Of a stretch of DNA of 64,000 bases, positions 24,759-36,867 are shown in pieces. Made by a program: the position numbers and the translations under genes. Source of the stretch: Azolla caroliniana (lineage: Eukaryota; Plantae; Polypodiophyta); the NCBI GenBank assembly GCA_043228905.1, contig JBHGNT010000015.1, positions 14,136,001 to 14,200,000 on the forward strand. The letters run 5' to 3'. Every line of letters begins with the position of its first letter. The first letter of the stretch is position 1. The notes under the pieces were generated by a model that made no database searches, was not told the origin of the DNA, and was given only the letters and a program-made list of their open reading frames with translations.

Positions 24759-26189
24759 ATGGAGTCGGAAGACGATGACCTTGCAGAGATGGTGGCCGAA
24801 GTGGTGTTGGAGTCGGCACGAGTGGTGATGAGGCGAGAAGCAGCGCAACAAGCGGCTGAGCGAGTGGTCGAAAGAGTTGGTCGTTTCAACGGGGACAAAG
24901 TCCCATCTTACTTGGAAGCCTACAACGCAGAAATGGAGGAGTGTGGCGCAGACGAGGCGTTAAGGCTGGAGTTCTTCTGTCGGGTCGTGGCTGTCCGGAT
25001 GCATGCGGAAATAAAGGAGCTCCGTGAGGCTTATAGTTCGTGGGAGGCCTTCGAAGAGGCGCTCCTGAAGGCATACGGAGGACGGCGGAAGAGCCGGGGA
25101 CGGCACGACTTCGACCAGTGGGTAGCATCGGCAAAGACCCACCGGGGCACTGCCAAGGCGTTTCGAGAGTTCGAGCGGCGGCTTGCTCAGCTCCCAGAAC
25201 GGGAACAAGGTTTGGTGGGGGCGGACAAGGTCCTATTGTTCGTCAGGTCGATCGACCGAGCGGAATGGGAGACCATCGGGATTGAGCTTGAAGACGATGA
25301 TGGAGTGAATGGGCTTACGGAGGACTGGTTGAAGGTCGGAAGGGTGTGCCAACGGCTAGACAACGAGCGTACCGAGAAGGCTAAGAGGAAGGTACGCGAC
25401 GGCGTGCCATCACAGCGGGAAGAGGCCGAACGGCAAAGAGAGTCGGCAAGGGTCGGCGTTGGGGCCAGGATTGCGGAGGCGTACGCAGCTCTCGAGGGGA
25501 TGCTCGAAGAAGAGGAAAGACAGAGGCTGCAAGCTGAGACTGAGAAGACGGACTTGCCCCACGCGACGGCGGAAGATCGGTACCACGGTACCACGGGAGA
25601 GGGTGCGGAACGAAACGCCCTCTCGACTTGCGGACATAGAACGACCAAGGATGAGGCCGAGATACAGATCGCGGAACCAGAACGTTGGGACCAGCGGTTT
25701 CGGGCGTGTCAGCCTGAGATCCCAGTCATTGGAGAAGCAAGCCCACCGCCGACCACGAAGAAGACCACCGCCGACAACGAAGAGTCGGTGGCTACGGACA
25801 AGGGCATAAAATGGACGGGCGATTCTTTGTGTCTTCCTACACTTGTTCCCGAGATGATGGCAGTCGGGCCCGAGTGCCCACGTGAGTCCCAAGCGGAGGA
25901 AGGCGGCGGCGAAAGGCCAAGAATCACCGGCGAGACGATACGGGGAAGGAGCGGACGAAAGACCACGGACCCGATTTTGGAGAGCTCGGCATTCGGGCCC
26001 GTATGCCCATATAAGACCGAGGAGATGGATGGCAGTACCGAGGAGTCCTGGCACGATGCCAGCGAAGACGGATGGGAAACGGCCTACGAGGAGGCCGGGG
26101 ACGGAAGAGGCACGAGAAGATCGGCATTCCGATTCGGATGGAGCAGAATCCGGTCGTGGATCGTTCGATCGAGGTTGGACTCGGCATAA
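24759..26189 (+). CDS. gag: Gag-like protein of element D (476 aa, open)
   Basis: First ~200 aa align with Gypsy G gag (F.G.DV..YL..Y; WEAFEE.L; F..WV; KV..F...D; LED....GLT..W), followed by a charged low-complexity tail. Confidence 0.8.
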   Translation: MESEDDDLAEMVAEVVLESARVVMRREAAQQAAERVVERVGRFNGDKVPSYLEAYNAEMEECGADEALRLEFFCRVVAVRMHAEIKELREAYSSWEAFEEALLKAYGGRRKSRGRHDFDQWVASAKTHRGTAKAFREFERRLAQLPEREQGLVGADKVLLFVRSIDRAEWETIGIELEDDDGVNGLTEDWLKVGRVCQRLDNERTEKAKRKVRDGVPSQREEAERQRESARVGVGARIAEAYAALEGMLEEEERQRLQAETEKTDLPHATAEDRYHGTTGEGAERNALSTCGHRTTKDEAEIQIAEPERWDQRFRACQPEIPVIGEASPPPTTKKTTADNEESVATDKGIKWTGDSLCLPTLVPEMMAVGPECPRESQAEEGGGERPRITGETIRGRSGRKTTDPILESSAFGPVCPYKTEEMDGSTEESWHDASEDGWETAYEEAGDGRGTRRSAFRFGWSRIRSWIVRSRLDSA

Positions 26190-26307
26190 AGGTGCCGATA
26201 CGGGAGAGGTTGCGGGACGATCCGCCCTCTTTTACATGGGGAGAAAGACCGACCGGGCGAAGGTCGAGAGTTGGAAGGAGAACGAAGACAAATCGGAGGC
26301 CCACGAA

Positions 26308-26860
26308 GGATCCTTCACACCAGTTCTAGAGACTTCGGCAGTCGATAACGCGGTCGACGTAAGACCAAGATACTGATGGTGGCGGCGAGGTGATGAAGGC
26401 AAAGGGGTTACGGATGGGCGGTCGGCGGAGGATCCTTCACACCGGTTCTAGAAACTTCGGCAGTCGGCAACGCGGTCGACGTAAGACCAAGATACTGACG
26501 GTGGAGGCGAGGTGACGAAGGCAAGGGCGGAAGGAAGTCCAGTCCTACGGCATCCCCACACTTAACCAGAGACTCCGGCAGTTCGGCCAACGTGGCAACA
26601 TGAAACCGAGAGAGAAGGTTGGTGGCGGCGGGAAACGGGACCCGACTACGTGGAAGACACGAGGAGAGTCCGGGAGGGACTCAAACAAAAGACACCTGAA
26701 TTATGGCAAGCATAGAAACGGAGTCCGGTCCTATGGGACCCTCACACCGATCCGGAGACCTCAGCTGATCGGCCAACACGGCAACGTCAGACCGATGGAG
26801 AAGGACGGTGGCGGCAAGGAACGGGACCCGACGACACGAGGTTTCGGAAGGAGCCGGTAG
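26308..26860 (+). repeat. ~122-bp degenerate tandem repeats in the internal region of D
   Basis: GGATCCTTCACACC.GTTCTAGA.ACTTCGGCAGTCG at 26308 and 26430; weaker copies near 26550, 26737, 27097 and 27449. Confidence 0.8.
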
Positions 26861-28548
26861 GGGCAAACACGGGGAGGTGTGTCAGGCCGGAAAGGCACAC
26901 CTGGGACAGAACAAGGGTCTCACAAGTGGCCATCGCGGGCCGGATCGAAGCGTGACTACGGGACGATGTTCGGCACGGGCGGGGCCGAACGAAGGAAGCG
27001 GAAGATGGCACAAGGGAGGTGCCGGGAACGAGGTGACAAGTGCCTAGTGGACTGCACAGGGTCGGAGTTAGGGGATGGCAAGAGAGGCCGGAGGAGGATC
27101 CTCCACACTCGCTTCGTAGATCTCGGTAGCTCTGTCAAAGTAGCGAAGGCTGACACGGCAAGCCGAGATGACAAGATGGTGGGGGCGAGGGGACGATGGC
27201 AAACGGAAGACTTAGGACCTGTTGCAACAGCACGAAGACGGGAAGGGTGAAGCGGGCTACTACGGGGTGTTCCTCGGATGCGAAGGACACTAGTATGCAG
27301 GGAGCGGCGATGCACGATCTGGCCGAAAAAGGGCCAACAAGGCGTGCAATGAACCGGAGTACGATACAGGCAGTGCCAAACAACGGACGAGGGTACGTGG
27401 CACACGGAGGTGCCGGAGCGGGAAGGCGAGCTCGGAAAAGACCGAAAAGGGATCCTCCACACCGTTCCGGAGACCATGGTGGTTCGAGCCGACGCGGCGA
27501 TGTAAGACCATGGAGAAGGAAGGTGGCGGTGAGAGGACAAGGGCATACGACAGGAGCGGGGCGTTCACACGGCCGAACAAGGGCCAGCGGAAGTACGCAT
27601 ACTACGGAGATCGCGGCAGAGGACCCATCGACGGGTCGAACGAGCCTACGGGGAGGTAAGCCCGAAGGAAGAATCGAAGCCGATGGATCCAACTGGCAAC
27701 GAGCTGGGATGCGGATCATGGAAGACCGGTTTCTCACCGACCGAAATCTCTCACCCTTCAACCGGACTTGGCACATATCGGTGGATGTGCGGTTAGGTGG
27801 GGGCGGATGTCGTGAAGAATTTTGGCCAGAGGTGGAAACCGGGAAACATTGGCTACATCGGCGGGGTGCAGTGTGTGTACGCACCCATGTACATTTAGTG
27901 TGAATAACGAGGGCGCCTTTATGGCGCCGAAGAGTAGTCAAGTCGGGACAGACGGTCCCATGTAAGTCGGGGTTTATCCCACATTGTAACGCATCCTTGT
28001 CCTTGTTCTATAAAAGGAAGGGAACACCCTTTGTGAAAGGGTTGCCCATTTTGCATTAGAGGGTATACCGTTAGGTTTAGATTTAGTTTCTTCTTCTTCT
28101 TCTCCCCCTTCGTGTTCGCTTAGGGTTTGCTTCAGCTCATCTCATGTGCAAGACCCCGCTCGACGCGACGAGCCCGTGAGCTCCCCGACCAGCGGCTTGG
28201 CAGTTGACGACTACTATAACCTACCCCGGTCCGGCTTGACGCCGGGAATGTATTCTTCCTTTTATATATATATATATACACGTTTGCGTCTGTCTGTGTA
28301 TATTCGCGTCTTCGTTGGTGTCGGGTGCTTCCCCCTTTCTGCATTTCCTGTACTTAAGGGTGTGGGTCTGGTTGGCCTGTGTGTGCGTGAGTCGGTCTCT
28401 CTCTCTCTCTCTCTTCGGTTGCTTCCGGTGTGCTTCTGGGATGCCCCGGAGACGGTGAAGTGCGACTTCCTACGCTCCATCACTCCCTAGTCCAAGACCC
28501 CCGTGGTCTCGCCATTCTCCACGCACGCGCGTAATAACGCGCCAACGC

Positions 28549-29931
28549 AACAGTTGTGTAGGATGGGGTTTACGACATCGAAATCAGACTCTTCACTACT
28601 TGTTCGGCAAGATCAATATGGACCGGTAAGTGTCCTACTTTATCTTGATGATTTAGTCATGGCCGGTGCCAACTTGGACGAAATCCGTAGCATAAAGTCC
28701 CAGCTTGCGGCATCATTCGACATGAAGGATCTTGGAGACCTTCATTACTTCCTCGGGATCGATGTGATCCGCACCCCCGAGGGCATATTGATCAATCATT
28801 ATGCGCTGAATATGCTCTTCAAGTTCGGGATGGCAGACTGTAAGCCCATCTCGACCCCTCTTGATAGAAACGTGAAGCTTCGCCCAGATTCGGTAAAGGC
28901 GTGCGACCCAACATGGTTCCGACAGATTGTCGGAAGCCTTATCTATTTGATGATTACTCAGCCGGATCTCAGTTATCCAATTGGCCTAATCATTCAATTC
29001 ATGTCACAACCTACGGTTGAACACTTTAAGTAACTGCGCGCAACCGATATTGCGATATGTCAGCAGCATGAAAGATATGGCATTGTTGTATTAGGCAGGT
29101 GTAACTGAACAGTTGGTTGGCTACACAGATGCCGATTGGGCCAGAAATGCCCACGATCATAGATCCACATCCGGATACACATTCTCTCTAGGAAGTTTGG
29201 CGATCGCGTGGAGCAGTAAGCAGCCACCGACAGTAGCATTGTCAAGCATGGAGGTTGAGTATTGAGGGGCGACTATCACTACATGCGAAGTCATTCGGCT
29301 GAAACAACTATTACGGGATCTGCATATAGAGGTGTCTAATCCAACGACGATATGTTGCAACGACCTCAACAATATCCAACTTGCAAAAAACCCCGTGTTC
29401 CACGCCTGGACCAAGCACATTGAGGTGCATTACCATTTTGTCCGCGAGCGGGTCCTTTCAGGTGAAGTCGAAATGGTGCATTTTCCGACTGATTGGAAAG
29501 TTGCCGACATCTTCACCAAGCCTCTTGGTTTCGACAAGTTACGGCATTTCTTGGGTGAGCTAGGTTTGCGTCACCTCGACACACTATAATTGAGGGGGAC
29601 ACTCGAACAACAGTTGGAACAAGAACAAGAGCACAAAAGGAGTAGACGTAATCATCACAACAGAAATAACCGTGATGCGGAATCGGATGAAGAATTCGAT
29701 TTCGGGCCAGCTGAAGAAGCCGAAGAAGAGAGCAAGGGCCATAACCATAGGGAAGAGCCGAGGACAGCCGAATCAAGGGGAGATAAGGCCAAGACCAAGA
29801 CGTGGTCTAATGTTGTCAAGGGCCTGGAGACAGAAGACAAATTGGAGACAACCAATTCGGATGAGAACGGAATTGAATTGAAATGTTCGATTCAATCAGA
29901 ATGTTCGATTCAGATACGCCGAATAACCTGA
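28549..29931 (+). pseudogene. pol: Copia C RT / RNase H (3' part) plus in-frame acidic extension
   Basis: YLDD, MKDLGDLHYFLGI, NPVFHAWTKHIEVHYHFVRE, ADIFTKPL; the 29590-29931 ORF is in the same frame after one TAA. Confidence 0.85.
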
Positions 29932-30571
29932 AGACCATGTGGAGAAAAGGGCAATGGATGAGCCGCCAACACCGCGACAGCAAGTGAGCTGAGAAGGGCC
30001 GAACAAGTAGACAAGCCGACTGGAATAGTCCAAGCGTGTGCAATCGAACGGGTTGAGGAGCACGAGCGAGGCGTGAAGCCAGGAGAAGCCGGAGCAAAGA
30101 TCCAGAAGACCAGATGGAACCTCAAGTTGAGCTTGAGGGGGAGTGTTGAGTGACAAGCTCAACATTGGGTGCGTAATACGGTACGCAACCTAGTGCGTAC
30201 ACTAGGTGCGTAAAACCGTGTGCACAACATGATCGTAACGATTCGTAAACCGAAAGGCTGTTAGAGTGTTATTCCTCGTAAGGAATAATTTTGAGAGTTT
30301 GTGTCGTAGGCTAATTTATGAGCAATCAAGTATTGTCAGTACTTGTGTCCGCCCGATAGTCAAGGCTTGTATAAAAGGTGCTCGCTGAGCACGAAGTATG
30401 TACAGACAGAGTGTTAGTTTTTGAATTTGAGTTTTTGTGTTTTGCTCTCCCTCTCTATCTTTCCCTCTCCATCTCTGGGCTTTCTATGTTTTACTGAATT
30501 TTCATACTTCCGAACTATGTATTCTGTGCCTTTCGCATACGCTTCCACACACACTATTATTTTACAAGAAT

Positions 30572-30818
30572 CTATGGCAAGAGTTGAAGATGAAGTGGAG
30601 GGTGACATGGGAATCAGGGCCATCGACCACAGTAGGTGACTTCGTGTAGAGGCTGGCCAAGATGGATGGATCCGGTGAGGACGGTCCTCTTGCCGGAACT
30701 CAAAGAGATGGTTATCGCAACGCAAAACTTGGGAAATAGCCTCATTCAAAGATGTGGGCTCAAGAAAGTCAAGCAAAAGATTTTTTATCTCACTTTGTAA
30801 TCCTCGACGGAATTGATC
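30572..30818 (-). pseudogene. gag: Chromovirus gag, C-terminal half
   Basis: DQFRRGLQSEIKNLLLDFLEPTSLNEAISQVLRCDNHLFEFRQE. Confidence 0.8.
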
Positions 30819-30844
30819 TTTTTCTTCTTTCTCAATACACTATC

Positions 30845-31060
30845 ATGTTAGAATCATCTAGTAACCTTGAGCAATTTTTGACAGTCTTGCAACAACTCCA
30901 ACATGAAAATGCGAACTTGCGAAACTCTGTCCAAGAACTTTGGGCAGCCACAACGATCATACCTCACCCGATTATTGACCCTTCTACGACAGAACCCAAT
31001 GTTAGCTTGCCAAATAAATTCGATGGAACAAGGTCATGGTTAAGAGGCTTCATCAACCAA
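30845..31060 (+). pseudogene. gag: Chromovirus gag N-terminus in inverted orientation (part 1)
   Basis: MLESSSNLEQ...EPNVSLPNKFDGTRSWLRGFINQ; continues in frame at 37290 after hAT removal. Confidence 0.8.
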
Positions 31061-31354
31061 CATGGTTGTTAGGTACGTTAGGTACGGTACGGATACCATA
31101 CGTATATAACGTATTAATACACGTATAATACCTCCCAATTTAAAAATACGTTAAATACGTTTTGTAATATGTTAAATACTTATAAAATACGTATTTTACG
31201 TATTTTACGTAAAATACTTCTAGAATTTGAAAATTATTTACATTTCAAGAAAATATTTGTAATATTGTAAAAAGTACACACTATCTGTAGTCGCTGGATA
31301 TGTACACCCCCCTTTTGAAACCATCTCCTCAAAACAAAAAATAGGCTCCTTGTT

Positions 31355-31920
31355 ATGCCCTTGTTTGGCATTTCATACCATCAATGAGTTTAGTGAAACC
31401 ACATCTCACACCACTAGAGTGTTAAACCAACAGTGGGCAGTCAACAATAACCCACAATTCACATACATGTTGACTATTGTGTTATCAACAAGGACATCTT
31501 TTTCAAAGCCTATTTTGACGATGTCGGCATGTATTTCTCGGTCTTTTTGTCTATCTCTCAAGCTTCCACAAGCTTCCAACCCACAAGACAATGAGAATGC
31601 ATGTGGCAAGAGGCAACAATGTTTCCTCATCTTTTCAAAGCAATCCAATGCCTCTTGAGTCTTTATTATGTCCATGTTCAGCATATCCCGATTCCCGCCA
31701 TGAGTGATCTCCATGAAACTATATCTCGAACCAAATTTCTCTCAAACATTTCTTGTGCTTCATTTAATGCACCACAAGAGCTTCTATTTCTAACCCTTTC
31801 TTTGCAACCTTGACATGAATTTCTTTACACTTGGCTAGAGATCCTACATTGGAACAAGCTTTCAATAGACCCACCAATGTGATTCCATTCATTGAGATAC
31901 CCTCACATTGCATTTGGTCA
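31355..31920 (-). pseudogene. PLS-class pentatricopeptide repeat gene fragment
   Basis: QMQCEGISMNGITLVGLLKACSNVGSL..CKEIH; EAQEMFERNLVRDIVSW; GYAEHGH; EALDCFEKM; LEACGSL..REIHADIVKIGFEKDVLVDNTIVNMYVNCG; frameshifts and stops. Confidence 0.85.
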
Positions 31921-32174
31921 AAGAAATAAAATGCATTCTGACAACAAAATTTAGAGCAAAAACCTTAACAAGACATAACATCAAATATTTCAAGGTCCAT
32001 GAAAGTAAATGAAGGTAATAAAGAACCACATGATGAAAATTTTACTTTAATAAAATACGATATTGATACAACTCTAACTATGTCCAATGTATCAAAATGG
32101 AGCTTAGATCAAAGACAAGTAACATAAGGTTATTGAGCTTAATAATAACGTATAGAAATTAGAAGTATTTGTCT

Positions 32175-32582
32175 TTAGATCTGGTCCTCATCACCATCTT
32201 CATCATCAGATTCTGTGTTAGTTGATGACATCAACACTAGTTCTTCGTCCGTAAGATCATCATAATTAGTATGAACTGCTTCTTCTATTGCATTGACATT
32301 ATCTTGATCATCTAGTGGTAAAGAAGCAAATGTACTTAATCGTGTTATTCTCCTATTACAAGAAGACCGCTCACCATCTCTTCTTGGCCTTTGCCTTTGT
32401 ATTCGATTAGTAGGGACTCCATCGCTTGATGTTGTCATATGTGATCTTGTCATGCTCCTTGTCCTTCTTCTCAAGCTCATTGTTTCTTGAAAATAAGTTT
32501 CATAGAATTCTCTATCCATATCATTTTCATGGCTAATAGATGGAATATCAGGAGTCTTAGAGACATCTATCTCATTTACCAT
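32175..32582 (-). pseudogene. Probable acidic C-terminal exon of a hAT transposase
   Basis: Begins NEIDV, like the short exon at 34150-34196 that follows the hAT dimerisation exon; D/E-rich tail. Confidence 0.45.
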
Positions 32583-33019
32583 AAAACATATGCTCCATTG
32601 GTATTAATAAAAAGCCCGAAGGCAGTATACAAATAGTACATAATATTGTTTCATCTCCACCAGTATAACTGAACTGATTCTAGCATTTGTAAAAACTGTT
32701 GGGAAAAAAACAGCCATAAAACACAACATTGATTCCAGTGATCTGCTACAAAAAACAAAATTTCGGGCTCTTAGAACAAAACTCCATAGAAAACTTATAT
32801 TTCACATGATATTCCATGTCCTCCGTCTTTCCAATCATATGTGTCAGGTGTGGAGCTGTAAGAAGATTCACCATCCCAACAGAAACAGTTGCAAACAGAT
32901 CTGAATTGATTCTAGCATTTGTAAAAATTGTTGGGGAGAAAAAAACAAGACCATGAAAATGAAATGTACTATACTAATCTCCACCTCTCACCCCATTTGC
33001 TTCGATCCCCACAACTTAT

Positions 33020-34100
33020 TGACTCTCCCTTCATGATGTGCTTCGGCCCCCTCATCATCATCACTCCTAAAAACAACCAAATTGCTTCATTCAATCCACC
33101 TCCACCATCTCGCCGAATGCCACCAATGTCCTGTGGAATTAACAACAAAATAAGTAAAAAAATTCCTCATCCCCTCATGAGCTGCTTCGATCCCCCCCAC
33201 CATCATCACTCCTAAAACAGACACATTGCTTCCTTTAGTCCACATCCACCATCTCGCCGAATACCACCAATGTCCTGTGCAATGAATCAACAAAAATGAG
33301 AAATTGTTCCTCATCCCCTCATGATTTGCTTCGTTCCCCCGTACCATCGTCACTCCTAAGAACAGAGAAATTGCTTCAATCAAACCACATCCACCATCTC
33401 GCTGAATACCACCTCCGACCTATACAAATAACAACAAAAACAAGTGAATAATGGTTCCTCATCCCCTCATGATTTGCTTCTGTCCCCCCCATCATCATCA
33501 CTCCTAAAAACAAACAAATTGCTTCAACCAATCCACATCCACCATCTTGCCGAGTACCGCCAATATCCTGTGCAATTAACAACAAAATAAGTGAACAATG
33601 ATTCCTCTCCCCTCCTGATCTGCCTCAGCCCTTGCACCAACACCACTCATCCTCACACCATGACAAAGGTGCTTCAAATCCCACTGCCATCATCCCGCAA
33701 CCTATGAGAACCATAATATCTGTCTTAAGTCAGCCCATATCTGGGGTATCTTGCTTCCCCTATTCCATCTCACCGATTAACGTTGCCCTGTAATCACAAC
33801 AAAAAATGAGGGAAAACCATTCCTCGCCTTCTCATAATAATCTGCTTTAGCCCCCACTCCAACATCACTCATCCTAACCACAAAAAACAGAAAAATGGCT
33901 TCGTCATGTCCCCATCTACCATCTCGCTATCTCCAATTCGACAATCCTGTTACACTAACAACCAACAAACTAGTAGAAAACAAACAGAAATCCTCACCTT
34001 CTCCTAGTAATCTTCGACAACCCCCACCAACATCAGTCATCCTAATCACAAAACAACTTAACCCTATTTCAACCTATCCACATCCACCATGTCGATGTCT
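33020..34100. repeat. ~144-148-bp tandem array (about 7 copies, decaying rightwards)
   Basis: CCTCATCCCCTCATGA motif at 33165, 33309, 33457 and about 33604; CCACATCCACCATCTCGC recurs to about 34090. Confidence 0.9.
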
Positions 34101-34324
34101 CTGATTATCACATGAAATCTGCCTCATACAACTAAAATCTTCTTATACTAGTCTGATTCAGCATCCAGAACAACATCTATCTCATTTGGATTCACCTACA
34201 AACAAGTTTATAAAAGCTTTAACTTGTAAGTATCACAAACTAGTGTGTCAATGGCAGAAACTAGTTATTAGTACTTAAGAATATTGAGGAATATAAATTA
34301 TAAAAAGAATGAATAAAACAATAC

Positions 34325-34489
34325 CTGCATTGGAGATGCATTCACAGTCTCAAACTTGCGAACTAACCGTAAGTTCTCTCGTACATATACCAATCGTTCA
34401 AGTTGTGCTACCTTTAGTCTGTTTCTATTTTTCGTATGTGCGAAAGCATGTGCATTCCAATTCCTTTCCGCTGCCCCAGAAAAGCAATC
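34325..34489 (-). pseudogene. hAT transposase dimerisation-domain exon
   Basis: SGAAERNWNAHAFAHTKNRNRLKVAQLERLVYVRENLRL, bounded by AG and GT splice sites. Confidence 0.9.
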
Positions 34490-34590
34490 CTAATAAAAAG
34501 TAAAATATGAAATAAAATGTAGTACACAAAAGTGAGCTATTTCAGAACTTAACTATAAAATTGATCATTTTTTCAACACTTGACACTTAC

Positions 34591-34735
34591 TTGTGATTAA
34601 ATGAGCAATCATTTATGTTGCTGACCTGTGCATATGTTTGTTGCAAAATTTACAATTCCAACTTCTATTTCCTGTCTGACTTCTTGTGACATTGAGACAA
34701 TAGATATCCCAATATTTGTTCTTAATGGGGGGCAT
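34591..34735 (-). pseudogene. hAT transposase first exon, BED zinc finger
   Basis: MPPIKNKYWDIY...SWNCKFCNKHMHRSAT*MIAHL followed by a GTAAGT donor. Confidence 0.8.
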
Positions 34736-34848
34736 TTTCCTAAGTCTTTATGTTCTACAAATCAATAGAATTTAGATATTTAGAAATTACTAAATTAGTG
34801 GGTCTATTAGTATATGATACATACTACATCTTATACAATTTTCAATAG

Positions 34849-35472
34849 ATTTTCAAAAGAATAGATGTTTGTAGATACATTTTTCTGTGTGTATTCTTGC
34901 CTACCATAGCTACTCATATCCTTGGGTTGCACTTTCATATTAACCTTCATGTTCATGGCTAGTGAAAACATAATTTAAAACCAATTAAACGAAATACATG
35001 ATTGAGCTGCACAAGCTATGAATGCCATGTGAAATACTCTAACTGAAACTAATTGAAGCTTAATTGAATTAGCCTTCCCTTTCAATGGCTACTCTTTGGG
35101 TACTCAATTACTAATAAACTAACCAAGACTAGAACTTAAATTCATACTAAGACAAGAACTGAAAAGAGAATATTGAAAAGAGAAGACTACAACATTTTCA
35201 AAAGAATAGATGTTTGTAGATACATTTTTCTATGTGTATTCTTGCCTACCATAGCTACTCATATCCTTGGGCTACACTTTCATATTAACCGTCATGTTCA
35301 TGGCAACTGAAAAACATAATTTAAAACCAATTTAGCGAAATACATGATTGAGCTGCACAAACTATTAATGCCATGTGAAATACTCTAACTGAAACTAATT
35401 GAAGCTTAATTGAATTAGCCTCCCCTTTCAATGGCTGCTCTTTGGGTAATCAATTACTAATAAACTAACCAA
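34849..35472. repeat. ~280-bp direct duplication (34849-35126 / 35194-35472)
   Basis: Near-identical copies beginning TTTCAAAAGAATAGATGTTTGTAGATAC. Confidence 0.9.
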
Positions 35473-35769
35473 GCATTCTAATCAAACATGAAATCCATAA
35501 GCAAGACTACACTATTGTTTTTAGGCTAGTAGCTCCATCTTTCTCTATGCTAGCGAATGAAAACCAAAAAGAAAATGTGACTTCATTGCATATTAAAGTT
35601 AGAAAACTACTATCCAAGCTTATGCATATTAAGGTTAAACATACCTCACACTCACAAGAATTGGGCCCAATAAAAAATTGTCTTCTATATAGCGTAGATC
35701 TTTGTTTGTTGCCTCTATATGAAGACAATTAATTGTCTTCAAACCAAGGTTTCGATTGATTCCTCGTCC

Positions 35770-35788
35770 TCTTTCTTCTTCTTCTTCT

Positions 35789-35819
<31 letters not shown>

Positions 35820-35925
35820 GGTCTTCTTGTTCTTGTTCTTCCTCTTCTGCTTGTTGTTCTTCTTCCTCTTCTTCCTCTTCTTGTTCGTCTTCCTTCATTT
35901 TCTTCTTCTTCTTTCTTCCTTCTTC
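35770..35925. repeat. (TTC)n/(GAA)n microsatellite
   Basis: Seen directly. Confidence 0.95.
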
Positions 35926-36867
35926 ACTAAAATCATTTTTTTCTTTTCTTTTTTTTAGGGTTTTGCATACATTTTTTTTATAAATACGTATTATACCTAT
36001 TGTTTTAAAAGTACGTTAAATACCGTATTAGAAAAATTTACATGATATTTGACTGAACAACCTTGACGTATAGTACATACTATACAAAGTATGAGGTATT
36101 ATACGTATATATACGTTAAATACGCGTATGTAAACAACGTTGTCTGACGTGGCTCGCCTAGAAGCATAGCGTTGCGCACACAAAAGATAACGTGAAAGTG
36201 AGGAAGGAATCACAGGGATTATGGACGGAAGAGACGAAAGAGTAGAGATAGAGTGAATAGAGATCAATAAGATATGACAAAATAGGATTTTTAAAGAATA
36301 TAAGATAAGACAAGATAAGATATAAAATAATATATGAGAAAGTGTATGAAATTTATAATCATTTTCATGAAAGAGTTACAAAATGATTGTGCACGTCGTT
36401 GAACCTCCGAACTTCGTCTTGCAAGGTAATCGCTCTTCTCTTTCTTGATCGTAGACCACTACAATCTTCACTTCAATATTTTGATGAAGATAAGGCTCGA
36501 ACCGCCTCCCTCTTGTTGAGAGTTGACCACCACGACCGCCAAGCTAGAGCTCCACGTTTATGTTAAACTTCTTCCCTTCTTTCTCTATTTTTATGGTATC
36601 TCTTATGTAATACATAATTTGATTGATATCTCATACATATCCCTTCGATCTTCTCTTTCACCATTTAAATAGGTGCCCCCATGCATATAATGCATTGGAG
36701 GGTACAAGTCATGCATGTAGTGCATGAAATGCATGTGATGCATGATCGCCATTTGGCGTTCATGCATTACATGTGATGCATGATAAACATCTCGCTCATT
36801 TGAGCTTTTATGTATGAAACAATATATGCAATAACAATAAACATGAAAACATAATCTTAAAGAGAAA

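Larger units (their letters stand above)
23979..28544 (+). mobile_element. Element D: non-autonomous gag-only LTR retrotransposon (TR-GAG-like), tRNA-Trp primed
   Basis: LTRs at 23979-24721 and 27808-28544, 4-bp TSD ACGC (removal restores Copia RT KITQQLCRMGF), PBS 24726-24743, PPT AGGTGGGGGCGGA, no pol motifs. Confidence 0.92.
20263..30566 (+). mobile_element. Copia C LTR retrotransposon (degenerate; interrupted by element D)
   Basis: 423-bp LTRs at 20263-20685 and 30144-30566, perfect TSD AGAAT, Met PBS TGGTATCAAAG at 20686, PPT TTGAGGGGGAG; removal restores chromovirus gag ...AIDS|SSPMEIDR. Confidence 0.95.

Noticed and set aside
31355-31920. Functional host PPR gene
   Set aside because: Short, frameshifted, contains stops and is enclosed in hAT termini
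34325-34735. Functional BED+dimerisation mini-protein (transposase inhibitor)
   Set aside because: Exon 1 ends in phase 1 and exon 2 needs phase 0, so direct splicing is out of frame; exon 1 also contains a TAA
35635-35983. Poly-Glu, poly-Phe and poly-Ser ORFs
   Set aside because: Translations of a TTC microsatellite
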